From a virus: a stretch of DNA of 26,239 nt. The first letter of the stretch is position 1. Every line of letters starts with the position of its first letter. The notes beneath the pieces were generated by a model. That model saw nothing but the letters and a program-made list of their open reading frames with translations. It made no database searches and was not told the DNA's origin. Below are positions 1 to 13,682 of the stretch, piece by piece. Both the position numbers and the translations under genes were made by a program. The stretch covers positions 131,919 through 158,157 of IMG/VR virus record IMGVR_UViG_3300032030_000014. One strand, written 5' to 3'.

Positions 1-3000
1 TCATTGCATCTATCAACTATAAATATGCATCAATAAGAGCCATAATTTCATCATATTGTCTAATCCACTCTTCGGTTAGTGCCTAAGCCATAGTTAAAGT
101 TTCTTCTGATGCAGGAATAACTTCTTCAATCATCGTTTTAGCAAGAGCGTCATTCTATTTTGTTAAATCATCAAGCTATTGCTCTAACTCTCCCGCACCA
201 ACCTTAGCTTCTTCAGTAGCTTCCTAACGCATACTATTTAACCAGTCAATAGTTTCACCGGTCTCATGCATAAGAGTATCAGTTTCATTTTTAAAATCTT
301 CACCAGCATCTAAAACATCCTAAAAACTGGTGCCCCATGCTTCAGTATGATCTGTAACAGCAGTCTAATCTAACCAATATAATGCCCTATAATAACTTTC
401 ATAATCTTCTTGAATTAAAGCATTGTATTTATTATTAATATCTTCACGAAGTTTATTATAAGTTTCTTCATCGGCAATACGACCTTCGGCCCAAGCCATA
501 TCAAGATCTTTTAAAGCAGCATTACGCTCTTGTGTTAATTGAATAATCTTTTGAGTATAATCATTCGCTTGTCCAAGAACTAAGTTATATAAATCATTAT
601 TTTTCTTAGCTAAATCATCTTCAGCCGCATCAACCTATTCGCCATCTGCGGTATAAACATAGCCATAGTTGCCTTCGTTATCTCTTTGAAGACGAACTGT
701 AGACTTGGCGTTGCGTGCATCTTCAAGAGCTATTTCTGCTAAAAGAACTTCATAACGAGCTTTTGCAATATCCAATTCACTCTTACTAAGTTTATTTTTC
801 TATTGCAAACCTTCAATTTCAGCAGAAAAATTCTTTATTCTTAATTTAGCTGCATCATTATTTGTTTTATCTAAATCTTCAGCTAATTTTTTAATTAAAA
901 CATTAGTTTCATAAATCTAATTTGTTTTAGTCAAATATTCATCATCAAGGGCGTGCTGACGCTCTAAGGCATTATTAACCTAATCAAAACTGCCCCAGGC
1001 ACCAGATAAACGACGTTCTGAGTCTTGATAAATCTGGTTAATTCTATTTTCATAAATAGAATTAATAACCTCAAGATAAGCTTCAAAGTCAGCTTGCATT
1101 TCAGATTCAGCTTCAAGGAGAGCTTCTTTAGCAGGATAAAGAACAGCATTCTTCCATTCTTCTAATGCTGCCTCAGAAATACCATCAGCTAACAATTCCT
1201 AAAGAGTAGCCTCTGCATCAGCAACTTGACGGCGATACATTTCTGTCTATGCTTTAGATACTTCATATCCATTACGAGACATTTGTAATTGAGCATCAAG
1301 AATTTTACCAATAGCTTCATAGTCTGTCTATCTACCCAAGAGAGAAAGAACATTAGTTAGATGTTGGACGGTATTAAGCTAATGATCCATTTCATTAGTA
1401 ATGCGAGACATTTCATCCTTAACTTTACTAAGAACATTTTTATAATATTCTCGCATTTCCTCATTGATTTCCAACAAAGCATCTACACAACCATAAAGAC
1501 CATCTTGAGCATCTTTAATGGTCTAAACATAATCCTCTTGACTAATTTGTCCAGAAGAATAGAGAGATTGTGCTTCTTGATATGCGGAAGCCCAAGTACT
1601 GCCTTGATTGATAACTTCTGCTTTTGTATTTGTAACTCGTTTATCGAACCAAGAACGCATTACTTCTGGGACTTTATAGATATTATCTCCAAGGACTTTA
1701 ATAGCATATTCAATACGCTTTAAAGAGCGTTCACTAATTTCAACTTTAAGGTCTACTTTATATCTAAAATGCTCATAAACCTTAGCTTGTTGTTCATAAA
1801 GATTATCTAATAATTTATCAGATTGTTCTGTAAAAGTATTAATAGATTCATCATATTGATTTAATAGTTTTTGCATATACTCTTTAATGGCGGAAAGTCG
1901 ATCCCAATAAGCCGGATTGTTCTACTGTTCAATTGCGGTCATATTATTCCAAGTCTCAACATTTTTGTTCCACCAAGATTCTATTGCTTCTTCAATTTCA
2001 TCTCTATTAGCAATCTAGCCAAATTCATCTAACATTAAATCAAAATCAATACCAAGAACATCTTTTAATCCTTTCCAATCTTCTGTCTTACGACTTTCAT
2101 TACCATTTTCATCTTTTATTTTATACTAAATAGCTCCAACAACAGACGAAACAATTTTATTAAAATCTTTCTAAAGATTTCCGCCAGCCTTACCGGATGC
2201 GATAATCGCACCAAGATTTCCTCCACTTTGAAGAACCTTAGACAAATTATTCCAATCATCACCCGCAACAGCTTTTAAATAACGCTCATAAACTTGTTGC
2301 ATTTGTTTAAGCTTTGTGATTTCTTGCTCTAATAGAGCAATTTTATTTTTACCCCAAGCTCTATCTCGTGCCTTGCCAAGACGTTCATACTACTAAGAAA
2401 GACCTTCTAAAGTCTTATTTAATTCATCATAGCGATGTTCTTCGTCTTCTATAAGTTCTGCTTGACCAGTGGCCTCTTTTTCTGAGCCACCGCCTTTTTC
2501 ACCATCTTTTATTCCTGTTGTAGTAGGACCATAACTTGGCTGAATAAAATTAATTCCATTATCTTCATTTACTAAAGGAGAAAAAGCATCTGTAATAATT
2601 TCTGTCGAAGAAGTGTTACTATAATTTCCGGTTCCGGTATCTGTATATGAAGATATTTCATTAGTTTGCCCTTTATTACCACCTTTTTTAATTGGAGGTT
2701 TATTTTCTGTGACAATTTTAGTAGTTGCAGAACCAGATCCTTTAGTTCCCTTTATTGTATAAGTAGGAACATAACCAGTAACTTCAGCAGTATCTCCAGG
2801 GTAAGTAGTAGTAAATTTTTTATATAGAGGTTGATTTCTCTTCTATAAATTTCCAGCTGTGTCATAAAATTCAATTTCTTTAGAACCAGCATAAACCATC
2901 TACTCTTCTGTTATAGTAGTAGGTACGGTCATAGTTTGAGGATTATAACTTGTCTCAATATCTGCAGCAACATTAAGACCAGCCAATGTTGATTCAATCT

Positions 3001-6000
3001 ATTCTTTAGTCATTTTTCCTTTACTAATTAGATCATTAAAAGCATTAACTAAAGAAGTCTAATCCAATCCACCTGTTTCTAAATTTTCTGCAAGAGCAAT
3101 TTTTAATGCATTCCACTACTCTTCAAAACCAGACATATCTTCTCCGGCTTTTTCTAAATTAGTCTTAATATCTATAATTAACTAATCAGTAGCGACTTCT
3201 CTAAGCTTTAATATTGCTTCAACATTACCATCTAAAGCCTAAGTTAAATAAGCCGAATAAGTAGCATCTGTTAATAGACTCTAAGCAAATTCATCTGTTA
3301 AAACAGATATATCCATATTTAAAATATCGGCTAAATCTGTCTTAAGAGCATCCATAGTATTAGACCATTCAATACTATTTTTATCTGCTGAGCTTAAACT
3401 CTTTTTATAAGTTTCTAAGTTTTTATTAAGACTTAATAAACCTCTATCAAGTCTTTGATTTGCTATTGCTGCAGTTAAAGCAGATTTTTCCAATTGCTTT
3501 TCGCTAAAACCTGCTTCTTTCATTGCTTCTGACAAATTATTTTTTAATCTTTTAGCATAAGCCTCAGTTTCTTTTGCATCAAAGCCATGCTTTTCTGCCA
3601 ATTCAGCAACTGCAATAGAATATTTTAACGTCTCTTGTGCTGCAGCTGCAAGTTCTTTATTATTAGTGGTTAAAGCATGCTAATAAGCTTCTAAATCATC
3701 TGTACAAGACTCATATTTACTTGCCAAATCTTGTAAAGCTGCATTTTCCGCGAGAGTTTGAGCTTCTGTATCTATTCCAATTTCATTAAAACGCTATTTT
3801 ACATATTCAAGCTATTCTAATGAATCGGTTGCTGTCGCATAAGCAATGGCGTTAGCCTACATTGTTTCATAATCATTAACAACATGAGCTTCTTCACCTT
3901 CACCAATAATAGACTATCCAGATGAAATAAGACCTAAAGACCTTGCTCCTGCTGTTCCAGCTTCATTAATTTCTTGATTAGCGAATAAACCGATATAATT
4001 CTATAAATTTTTTTCAAAACCGACAGTAGATTCTTTAAATAATGCATCTTTAAATCCTTGTACATTTCCAACTAATTTATAAGTTCCATCTTCCATAATT
4101 TGGAAATAAGATTTAGCATGTTCTGAAAGTCCCTCAAGATTCTCAACAACATCACCAAATTTCAAAGATCCAAAAGCTTTATTTAAATTTTTAATATTTT
4201 CTTGAAGTGAAGAAATATCTTTTATCTAACTGCGATATATATCACCCAAAGAAATCTAATCTTTGATATATTGTTCAATACTATTAGCATCAATATTTGT
4301 ACCATTAAGATAATTATATAAATCCGCAAAAATCTATGCATCTTGTCCTGTTAAAGACATATTTTTAAAATCTTTAACATTTATTTTTGATAATTGTCCA
4401 GATAATAAATTAGTTAAAAGATCTTTATTTCCAGAAGAAAACTAAGAAGTCTTTTCAGCAATACTATTTAAAACATTGTTATATGTTTTAGGTAATTCAT
4501 TTTCTACTATAGATCGAGCTCTATTAGTAGCAACACTTTGTAAAACGCTATCTACAGATTTTTCAACATCTTTTCCTTGAATAGTATCATAATATTTAAA
4601 ATTACCATTTTGAATACCTTTAAAGGTTCCTGAAATTCCATTTAAATCAAAATATTCCTATAAAATTTTTTCTTTGTTTTCTGAATTAATTGTACTACTA
4701 ATTTCTGCATATCTTTTATCTATTTCATCCGCAGTCTATTCAGATAATATTTTACTTATAAAATTAGTAAAATCAGATAATCCTTTTTTTTCTGCCTCTT
4801 CCTAAAAGTCAGTATCATATAATAAACTGTTTGCTAAAATCTCAGAAGTATCACTAAAAGAAGAATTAAATTGTTTTGTATTATTAGCAGATTCTTTAAG
4901 ACTATCTTTAAAATCATGAAGCTCTGATAATGGTAAAATATTTTTAAATTCTTCTGCAAATCTATCCCAAGACATATTTGCATAATACTCAGCATTATCA
5001 AAAGCGGCATTTATATATTTTTCGTTATTTGTATTTGAAAACTTATCTTTAAGCTTATTATCATTTACCAGATTTTGCTAAGCAGAAAGTTTCATATTGC
5101 CATATAATGATATTGACTATAAACGATTAGCAGTTTTCTAAGCTTCCTTCTATATTTCTGCTAAATTTGTAATAATACGAACTCCATTGACATATTCGAA
5201 TTGCATTTTATTAACTAAATTTGGATATTTCTAAACAATGTCAATAGTAGCCTATTTTACTTCTGCTAAAGCATCATTCCATTCTTTTGTTCCTTTAACA
5301 CAATTATTTAATGTTTCAATAACTGAATCATAAGAATCTATAGTTGATTTTAATGATTCAGCATTTTGCTAAGCTTCATCAAAAGCATCTGATAAATCTT
5401 TTGCTGTTTTTTGAAATTTTTTCAGCTATCCTTCAGGAGATTTTTCTTTGATACCTTCAAAAACTTTAATAAGAACTGCTGCTACAGCAACAACAGCCCC
5501 TATAATTAAAGATATTTGCCAAAAAGCTAATTGAATTTTTGCTCCAGAAGCAGCAAGAGCAAGATTTGCTGTTGTCTATATTTTAGTCATATTTGTTATT
5601 AATGGCAAAATTGTTCCAACAGACATCATTAACTAAAGAGCTTTTTCTCCATTGGTTAAATCATCATTATTAAGAATATTACCTAAATTTTTTAAAGTAT
5701 TTATGGCTGAAGCAACACTCATTATTGTACTAGATAATGTTGACATAACTGAGCCAAAATCAAAAGAATATTGACCTAATGCTTTTAATTTTTCTCCAGT
5801 CTACTATGCACTATTACCTAGCTACGTTGTTTTATCTGAAGCATCTTGAGCTGCCTAAGCTGATCTTTGACAAGAGTCGGTAAACTATCCCGCTGCATTA
5901 CTTGCTTCTGCCGCACTCTATCCACTTTTCTAATAAGCAGCGGCCAATTTACCTTCCATATCTTCCAACTAAATCTAAAGATCTACCGGTAAAGCTTGTT

Positions 6001-8266
6001 TTAATTCAGAACTAAGCTATTTAATTCTATCAATGATATTCTAAAAAGCTTCTGGGCCATCTAAAGTGTTAATAGAAGAACCTAAATCACGAAAAGCCTA
6101 ATCTAAATTACCTATTAAATCCTCATTTTTGCTATCTAAGAGAGTTCCTTTTAAACTCTCTAAAGCAGGCATTTCAGTTGCTCCTATTTGTTTTAAATTA
6201 TTATATAACTCCTAACTTTCTTTGCTTGATAAATCTAAATTCTAAGGAATTTTTTTTGTAATAGATTCAAAAACAGCTGTTGCAGAAGAAGCAGCAGCCA
6301 TAGAGGTTGTCATTTTCTTTATTTCATTCTAATATTGCTGAATGTCTTCTGCTGAATAAGATTTATTTTTAGCGGCAGCTGCTCTACGAGCCTACTCACT
6401 TTGCTATTTTCCCAACTCGTTTGTCTGACGTTCTAATTCATCAGCTGTTTTTCCAGCAGTAATAGCTTCTTCACCCATCTATCTGTTCATATCTAATAGA
6501 AGCTATGCCTATTTCTATTCTTCCTCTGTCATATATTTAGCATTATCCAATAGTATTCCTTGCAAATTGGCTTGCTGCTTATAAGCTTCAGTCATAGCAC
6601 CACCCTAAGCAGTTCCCTATAATTCAGGAGAATTGGTCATTGCAAACAATTCTTTATTAGCCTATGCTCGTAAAGATTCTGCAGACTTCTATCCTTTTGG
6701 AGTCATCATAGCAATGCTTGAAACCATATTATTTATAGAAGTCTAAATCTATGCACTGAAAACAGAGGTTAAAACACTACCAAGAGTAAGTAATACTCCT
6801 TTTAATCCACCTATATTATCAATAAATTTATCCAAAAACGACAGAGTTTTTTCTAACCAATTTAATAATTTAATAAAAACCTTATCATCTAATAAATCTT
6901 GATAAATCGCCTAAGATGCAGCACGTACTCTTTTTCTTGCTGCTTCCCAACTTTCAGCATAAATATCTGCCTATTCTTGAAGAGTACCTTCAGAATTTGC
7001 TGCCAAATCCTAATTAGCAAGAATTTTATCATAATTATTCATAATTGCCATAAACTGAGCATACTGTCTAGTTCCGGCAACTGTTTCAGCTAAGGCAACC
7101 TTTTGAGCTTCTCCGATACTACTCCACTTTTCACTAAGTTCATCAAGAATAGTATCCATATCTTTTAAATCGCCATTGGCTTTAAGAATATTAACTCCAA
7201 CGGTATTAATAGCTTCTGAATATTTATTTAATGTAACTCCATCTTCAAGAGTTTCTCCAAGTTGAAGACCCTAAAAACGAGCAAACATCGTTTTAAAAGC
7301 AGTACCAACTACATCTGCACTTTGACGAGTTTCAGCAACAACAGTAGCTAATGCCGCAGTTGCTTTCTCATAACTTAAACCAACTGTATCTGCTACAGAA
7401 GCAAATTTCTATAAACCTTGAGCAATTTCATCAGAGCTTGATGCAGTTGCCGCACCTAATTTAGTAATAACATCTGCATAATACTCTAATGATTTAGAAC
7501 CATCATCAAAGTTATTCCAAATAGCAGTCATCTGACTTGAAACTTCTTCTGCACTCTAACGAGATACATTAGCTAATTTAATAGTTACATCTGTTCTCTC
7601 TTTTACAGCTTGATCATTTAAACCTTGCTGATAATAGATTAATGCGGCGTCGGTATATGCAGTTGTTGAAGTACTTAAAGCTTTAGCTGCACGATTTGCC
7701 TCATCCGCAAATTTAGCCATCTAATCAATAGATTGACCAGTGACAATTCTAATGTTATTTAAACTTTCATTTAAATCCTAAGCATAACCATAAGCACCTT
7801 GAAGAGCTCCCATAAATCCATGCAAAACACTAGAAGAAATTTGCCATCTTGCAGTATTCTTTAAAGTGGTAGCAAAATTGCTCAATAAAGCATTAGATCT
7901 TCTTAATGGAACTTCTGCCTACATAATAGACGAAGCTAATTTAGAAAATGCCTAAGAGCCTTCTGGACCTAAAGAAGATAAGGCAGCTCTATAATCACTT
8001 AACTTTAAACCACTTTTCTACAGCCCTTCATTAAATTTTGTTAAATCTAATTTACCTGTAGAAGAAGTAGCAGATTCCAACTAAACTTTTAACTATGCAG
8101 CCATCTATGTAGCTTTTTGAATTTCAGAAGATAATCCTAAAGAACTATCTTTTCTTTGAGCTGACATCATTAAATTGTCCAACTACTTCTATAAAGCCTA
8201 TAATTCTATCTTAGCTTTACTTGTATCAGCTGTCATAGCTAAATTAACATTTAATTGTTTAGCCAT
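1..8266 (-). CDS. Tail tape measure protein, 5' complete with the 3' end beyond the window start (more than 2,750 codons). It contains many in-frame TAG codons read as sense.
   Basis: The ATG at 8266-8264 follows an AAAGGAG site (rc of 8271-8284). The standard-code ORF fragments 980..1195, 1523..1876 and 3281..3601 and the start codon all share one minus frame (top coordinate = 1 mod 3). Hand translation of 8266-8078, 1876-1500 and 1195-600 shows only TAG interruptions. Five 60-nt stretches I sampled (2401, 4201, 5101, 6001, 7201) contain no in-frame TAA or TGA. The N-terminus translates as MAKQLNVNLAMTADTSKAKIEL*AL*K*LDNLMMSAQRKDSS, which is coiled-coil with TAG at Gln-like positions. Its length and its position after a chaperone gene fit a tape measure protein. 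Confidence 0.75.
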
Positions 8267-8300
8267 TTATTATACTACTCCTTTCTCTCCGAAATTAAGT

Positions 8301-8339
8301 AAAAAAATAAGGGGTAGGAAATAATCTATTTCCTACCCC
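8301..8339 (-). terminator. Rho-independent terminator between the chaperone gene and the tape measure start.
   Basis: Perfect 12-bp stem GGGGTAGGAAAT (8311-8322), 5-nt loop, ATTTCCTACCCC (8328-8339). An A-run at 8301-8308 gives a U-tract on the minus-strand transcript. Confidence 0.7.
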
Positions 8340-8378
8340 GATTACTCCTATATATTCTTACAGAAGTAATATTATAAA

Positions 8379-8903
8379 TTAACCTAATTTGGTTAGAACA
8401 TCTTTTAGTAATGTAAGCGAATTAGGATCAGCAATATTTTGCTTTAATTTTTCAGCATCTAATTCTAAATTACTATAATCAGTATTCATGGCATCAAGAA
8501 TACCATAAATACTATTACGATATTCATAAATATGTTCTGCGGTCTTACTCAACCACATTACAATACTTTTATATTCTCTTTGAGGCATTACCGTAAACAA
8601 ATCATCAAAAAATCCACTTCCCGCAAGTAAATCATACATTTTTGCTGGATCTTCTTTTTGTTTATCAGTAAAGTTAATATTTGTATATCTATAAGCAACC
8701 TCTAAATCCATAAACATAGACATTTTTGCTTCATTAATAAAATTATTTTCATCTTGACAATTATTTAATACAGATGTAATTAAATCCATTTTCTCCTGGA
8801 TTGGTAGATACTACTTAACTTCTACAATCTATCCATTCCAATCAAAAGAAGCGATATCTGTATTTTTGGTTAAACCAAGTTTTGTAAAGGCTATTTTTGC
8901 CAT
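8379..8903 (-). CDS. Tail assembly chaperone-like protein (174 aa, 2 in-frame TAG).
   Basis: ATG at 8903 with an AAAGGAG site 9 nt upstream. It is in the same frame as standard-code ORF 8379..8789 and ends at TAA 8379-8381. It is a small acidic protein directly upstream of the tape measure gene, which is the canonical chaperone position. No GT-type frameshift extension is evident. Confidence 0.5.
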
Positions 8904-8963
8904 ATAAAACATCTCCTTTTTCTCTTTATACTAAATATAATATAACAAAATTTTTGACGAAAG

Positions 8964-10076
8964 TCAAATACTCTAAACTTTAGAAGCCGTAATAGAAACT
9001 TCGCCTAAAAGATTATCTGCTCTAGAAGCAGATTCTAATGCTTCTAAAATAATACTAGCAGTATCTTTAACAAAAATTGCATCTGAAGATGGATCGTTAT
9101 AAATTAAGTATTTAACAGGTAAAACTAACCCATTTTGATCTAATAATCCAGAACCTCTTAATTCATATATAAAACGCAAATGACTAAAATGTGTTCTTGT
9201 CTATTCAGCATAACCATGATTGTTATATAATATAGTATTCATACCTCTAAAAAACATACTTGCCTACTATTTATGTCCCATCTAAACTTCACTAAGAGCA
9301 CCAGTAACCGCCTTATATAAATTTGTATGTCCTAAATGTAAACCAAGAGCGGATAATTCTTTCTTTGAATCTTCGCTCCAAGCTTTAGAATTATAGTTCT
9401 TCGCTGAAAAAGTAGCATCTTTCATTAAAACTAGTAATCTTTCTACAGAAAAAGGCAATTCTTTGGTATAATTTAAAGTAATAGCTTTACCGCTAATATC
9501 AATTTTACCAGTGGCATTCCCTATCTATGTTGCTGCTTTTTTATGCTCAATATCTGCTAATTTTTTAATTAATTCTTCTGCAGCTTCATCTGCTAAATTA
9601 GATAAATTCATATTTTTATATGCCTAAGTAGCTCGAGTTCCAGAGCTCTAACCTCCAACTAAAAAAGATTCCATACTAATTGAAGTGTTTCCTCCAAGAA
9701 ATTCTCCTGCAGCTAATATAGCTGCCAAGTCTTCTTCAAAAATACTGTCCGCTTCTTTAACTCTTGCTACGCGTTTACCTCTAGCATCTGCTCGATGAAA
9801 AAGTGTACTCGGCTAAAACCCTTTTCCATGATACTAAGACTGAAATTGATAAGCTGTCTAAATCAATTCATAAAATTCAGATTCCATACTATCACCAATA
9901 ATACTATCTGATACTTTATTAAAATCTTTTGCTGCTATTTTTAAAGCCATTAGAATAGACTATAACTCTAAAGCCTCTCTTTTTGCTGTATTACGTTTCA
10001 TTTTTGCAATCATTGCATTATGTACATTTTTTAAAATCACAGAAAAATCTTCTGAATCACTATATAATGCAGCCAT
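8964..10076 (-). CDS. Hypothetical tail-module protein (370 aa, 12 in-frame TAG).
   Basis: ATG at 10076 with an AAAGGAG site. Hand translation runs continuously to TGA at 8964-8966 and includes standard-code ORF 8973..9179. All interruptions are TAG. Confidence 0.6.
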
Positions 10077-10100
10077 AAATTCAATCTCCTTTACCACAAA

Positions 10101-10147
10101 AATAAAAAAAATGGGAGAAGACTTGCGTCTCCTCCCATTAATTTTTT
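10101..10147 (-). terminator. Rho-independent terminator after the major tail protein gene, apparently bidirectional.
   Basis: Stem ATGGGAGAAGAC (10111-10122) / GTCTCCTCCCAT (10127-10138) with one mismatch and loop TTGC. It is flanked by an A-run (10101-10110) and a T-run (10142-10147). Confidence 0.65.
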
Positions 10148-10148
10148 A

Positions 10149-11246
10149 TCAATAATTCTCTTCAAGGAATGGTCTCTGGTTAGTATTGTATGCTGTTTGA
10201 GTATCAGCACTAAATACTGTTTCGGTATCAGGATTGACACCATTGTGATGTGTGCCAAGACGTTCAAAATCAGCAGCTGTTTCACCAAGCTCAAGAACCT
10301 GAATAGCAGCATAAACCTTCTTGGTCTTATCCCAACGAGTATAATCTGGGAAAGCATCCATTGTGAATGTAAAGGTAGAAGGATCGCCAGAAGATGCCAT
10401 TGTGAAGGTAAAGTTAGACTATACCTTGCAGTTAGGAATTACAAACTCAGCAGGCATATCTACACCATTTGTATCACGGAAGAGAGTAGAAGCTTCAAGA
10501 TAGAAGTTACCACCGAACTTATCAGGAGTAATGTTTACCTGGAATGCACCAGAAGTATATTCTACATAGTAGTCAACAAGAACTACACAGCCATTGGTGA
10601 ATTCACTTAAATCATTAATACGACGAGAATCATCAGAATGACCTTCATCAGTACCATATACTCTTACCTTCCAAACTTCTGCATTATTAGATCCAGTACC
10701 TGCAGCAATCTCAGTGGCAATTTCTGAAGCGATATAAGGCTCAGATTTAACTTCGCCATGATCATCAAGAACCATAATATAAATATAATCTTCTTTAGGA
10801 TTAAGCTATACAGGATCTCCGTTGTTTATTGGAGTAGAAACTGTTTTTACATATGGCTTCTTAGAAAGAGTAACTTCTACAAAAGGAGCATTGCTATTAG
10901 AATTATCAACACGAACTTTATCAGTCTGTTCAGTTGTATGCATAATAACTGGCTTATCCTTTGCATCAACAAGACCAGCACCAGTTAGAATTGAAAAACC
11001 AGCAGGAGAGATAAGAGCATCTTCCATTGTGAAGGTTACTGTACGCTCGCCTTCCCAAGCTACGAGACGGGCATTGCCACGACCGCCCTGTGCATAAACA
11101 GTTGTAGCTGCTCCTTCCATGCTGGAGGTTTTAAGACTATCAAAATAAAGAACTGGCTCGTTCTTATAGAATACCTTATTACCAATCTTCTGAGCAGCCT
11201 TTGCCTTAAGAACTACATCGCAAATCTCACGAACACCAAATTTCAT
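10149..11246 (-). CDS. Major tail (tube) protein, putative (366 aa, only 2 in-frame TAG, at 10806 and 10419).
   Basis: ATG at 11246 with an AAGGAGG site. The standard-code fragments 10806..11246, 10419..10775 and 10149..10400 are all in one frame. TGA stop at 10149-10151 is followed by a terminator. Position in the tail module, GC-richer codon usage and low TAG density suggest a highly expressed tube protein. Confidence 0.5.
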
Positions 11247-11266
11247 GGTAATTTTTCCTCCTTAAT

Positions 11267-11998
11267 TTAATGAATATTTTTCATCCAATTGTCTGGCTGT
11301 TTATCTGGTTTCCCACCAGCCAAACGAGAACGAATGTCAAGATCCCAATTTGTATAAAGCATATATCTTTCTACTAAATCAAAAAGCTAATACATAGTTA
11401 AGTTTTTACAATCTTCTAAAGACATTGAATTAAGTCCAACTGTTAAAACAGATATATACTATGCAAAAATACTTCCTTTTCCATCGCCTTTCTATGCGGC
11501 TACACGCTTGCGCGCACGCATAAGTTTTTCGGCAATTTCCTTTGCTTTTTGATTTTGAGGATTAAATGACTATGCTTCCATAGGACCAGTATTAATGCAA
11601 AAAATCTAATTTATTATTTTTTGAAACGCATCAAAATTGCTTTCATCAATTATAATACTTTCATTATCTTTTCTTAATAGAATACTTCTTGGAGTTAAAG
11701 TCATAGAATATTTTGGAAAAATTAATGGGAATAATTGCTTAACAGCTTCTTTTTTATCCGCAGTTTCTTTTTCTTGCATTATCGTCATAAATATCTAAAA
11801 ATTGTTTGTATCTGTTAAAAGAGTTTCGCCCTAAGCTATCATACTTTTATTCACACAGAGTGTTTGTACTCCAGTAAAAAAGTCTATATCGCCAATAAGA
11901 GCAATTTCACAAATTTTTGGCTAATGTATAACTAACTAACATTCTGGAATTGGAATATCAGTACCGCACATTAAAGCCAAAGTTATATCATAAGCCAT
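11267..11998 (-). CDS. Hypothetical head-tail joining or tail protein (243 aa, about 10 in-frame TAG).
   Basis: The ATG overlaps the upstream TAA as TAATG at 11998. Hand translation runs through standard-code ORF 11606..11788 to TAA at 11267-11269. Confidence 0.55.
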
Positions 11999-12588
11999 TA
12001 TTTATTATACATATTATCCCAATTAGAATCAATATCTGCTTGCTCTCCTGGCTTAGCTGCAAACTTAGAATCTTCTCCTTCATACCCATGAATTGTTTGA
12101 TACATTAAAGTAAGACCAGCAAATTCATCAGATAATACAATCTAATTTGCACCAAGAAAATCAATCTTGCCAATACCAGTAAGTCTTTTATTGTTTAACA
12201 TACTATCAATTTCAGCAGCGATTTTATATGGACGCAATTGCATATCTTTTAAATTCCACTAATCAAAATGACAAACAATATCAAATGAAATAATATTATC
12301 TCTAAACTCTGGATTTGTCATATTAGGAGTAAAATTATCAAAACTTATGATAACATAACAAAATTCAGGTTTATCTACTTTTAATTTAGGAACAATTTTA
12401 ATTTGTTTCCCAAACATATCTAAAGCTTTATCTTGTGGAACATTAGGCTAATCTAATGCATTTGGAACATCATAGTATAAAAGTTTTTTCAACCTATCAT
12501 TACTTAAAAACTTATCTACTAAAAGCCCCATATCTTTTTCCACCGCTAAAAAGCTTGACTCAGGAAAAGAATAATTTATAATTTTCAT
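11998..12588 (-). CDS. Hypothetical head-tail joining or tail protein (196 aa, 3 in-frame TAG).
   Basis: ATG at 12588 preceded by AAAAAGGAG. Hand translated to TAA at 11998-12000. Confidence 0.55.
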
Positions 12589-12605
12589 AGCAAAACTCCT
12601 TTTTC

Positions 12606-13682
12606 TCAAAACAGAGACTCAACAACAATTGTTTTCTTCAATGTTCCATATTCAATATCAAACTAACCACTATAGTTAGACTCCCATTGAAGTTTTATAG
12701 TTCTATCATCAACAATCTCATATTTAATAGGATATTTAGAATCAATAGACCAATTTGCTACTGTAAGTCCAGTATATTTATATTCATAAATACCTTTAGG
12801 CTTAATAAATGTTTCGCCTTCAATCAAATGTTCAATACGATTTGTATTTGGATTTTCTTCTTTCACAATTAACCCTCCAGCAACACCATTTTCAATATCA
12901 TCTTCAAATTCATTAGAATAATATTCAACAGCATTAATCTAAAGGATTCCAGGAGTAGAAATCCAGTCAATTGCTTCAACTCTCCAACAAATCTTTTTAT
13001 CATCTTCGCCTAAATAAAATTTAGAATATCTATTAAAATAATCTAAATTATATCTATTTGCTGGTAATAAAATATTTAAAGAAAAGTTTGGTCTATCAAC
13101 ACTAATTCCTGCTTTTTGAATAAAATTAATTTTTGTTTCAACAGGTCCACGAACTGCGGCATAAGTAAAATGCTCATTTCCTTCTTCGTCTTGATATTTA
13201 ATGGTGTATCTACACCGTCTTATTTCCCCGCGAAAATAAGCTAATTCTGTTTTATCTTGAAGATATATTAACCAATGACTATTGGTATTTACCCATTCAA
13301 ATACATCACCTGGCTAATATCCATGTTCATAACCAATTGAAATAATTTTATCATCATAATCCTGCTTTACTTTATCAGGATTGATTAAAGCACGTACAGG
13401 AGGCTATTCACGAAGCTATTCCGTAACTTCTTCTTCAAGCGGAAAAAACTTCTTAACGAAAGCTCCTTGATAAGAATAAAGTACGGCTTTATCTAGGCTC
13501 CGACGCTTATCTCGGATCATACGCTCTTGTTGCGTGCGGCCACCCATCTAAAAGAGATGTTTGGCTAAAACAGAAACTCCTTGAATGGAACTTTCTTGAT
13601 ACTGAGGAGAAGATAAATGACCCAATCTACCGCCGAGATTTCTTAATCCTGTGGTATACATTGTTCTTTCATCAGGTCTCAT
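12606..13682 (-). CDS. Hypothetical structural protein (358 aa, about 8 in-frame TAG).
   Basis: The ATG overlaps the upstream TGA (ATGA at 13682-13679). Hand translation contains standard-code ORF 12663..12866 and ends at TGA 12606-12608. Confidence 0.55.

Noticed and set aside
8267-8378. Possible tRNA or suppressor tRNA in intergenic gaps (8267-8378, 10077-10148, 15210-15301, 25310-25446).
   Set aside because: The gaps are short and filled by hairpin terminators or promoter elements. No cloverleaf-compatible sequence was seen by eye. A suppressor tRNA is expected elsewhere in the genome.
8379-8903. A G/GT-type programmed -1 frameshift in the chaperone gene.
   Set aside because: The gene ends at TAA and is followed immediately by a terminator and the tape measure ribosome-binding site. 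No overlapping extended frame or slippery heptamer was apparent. A computational scan is needed.
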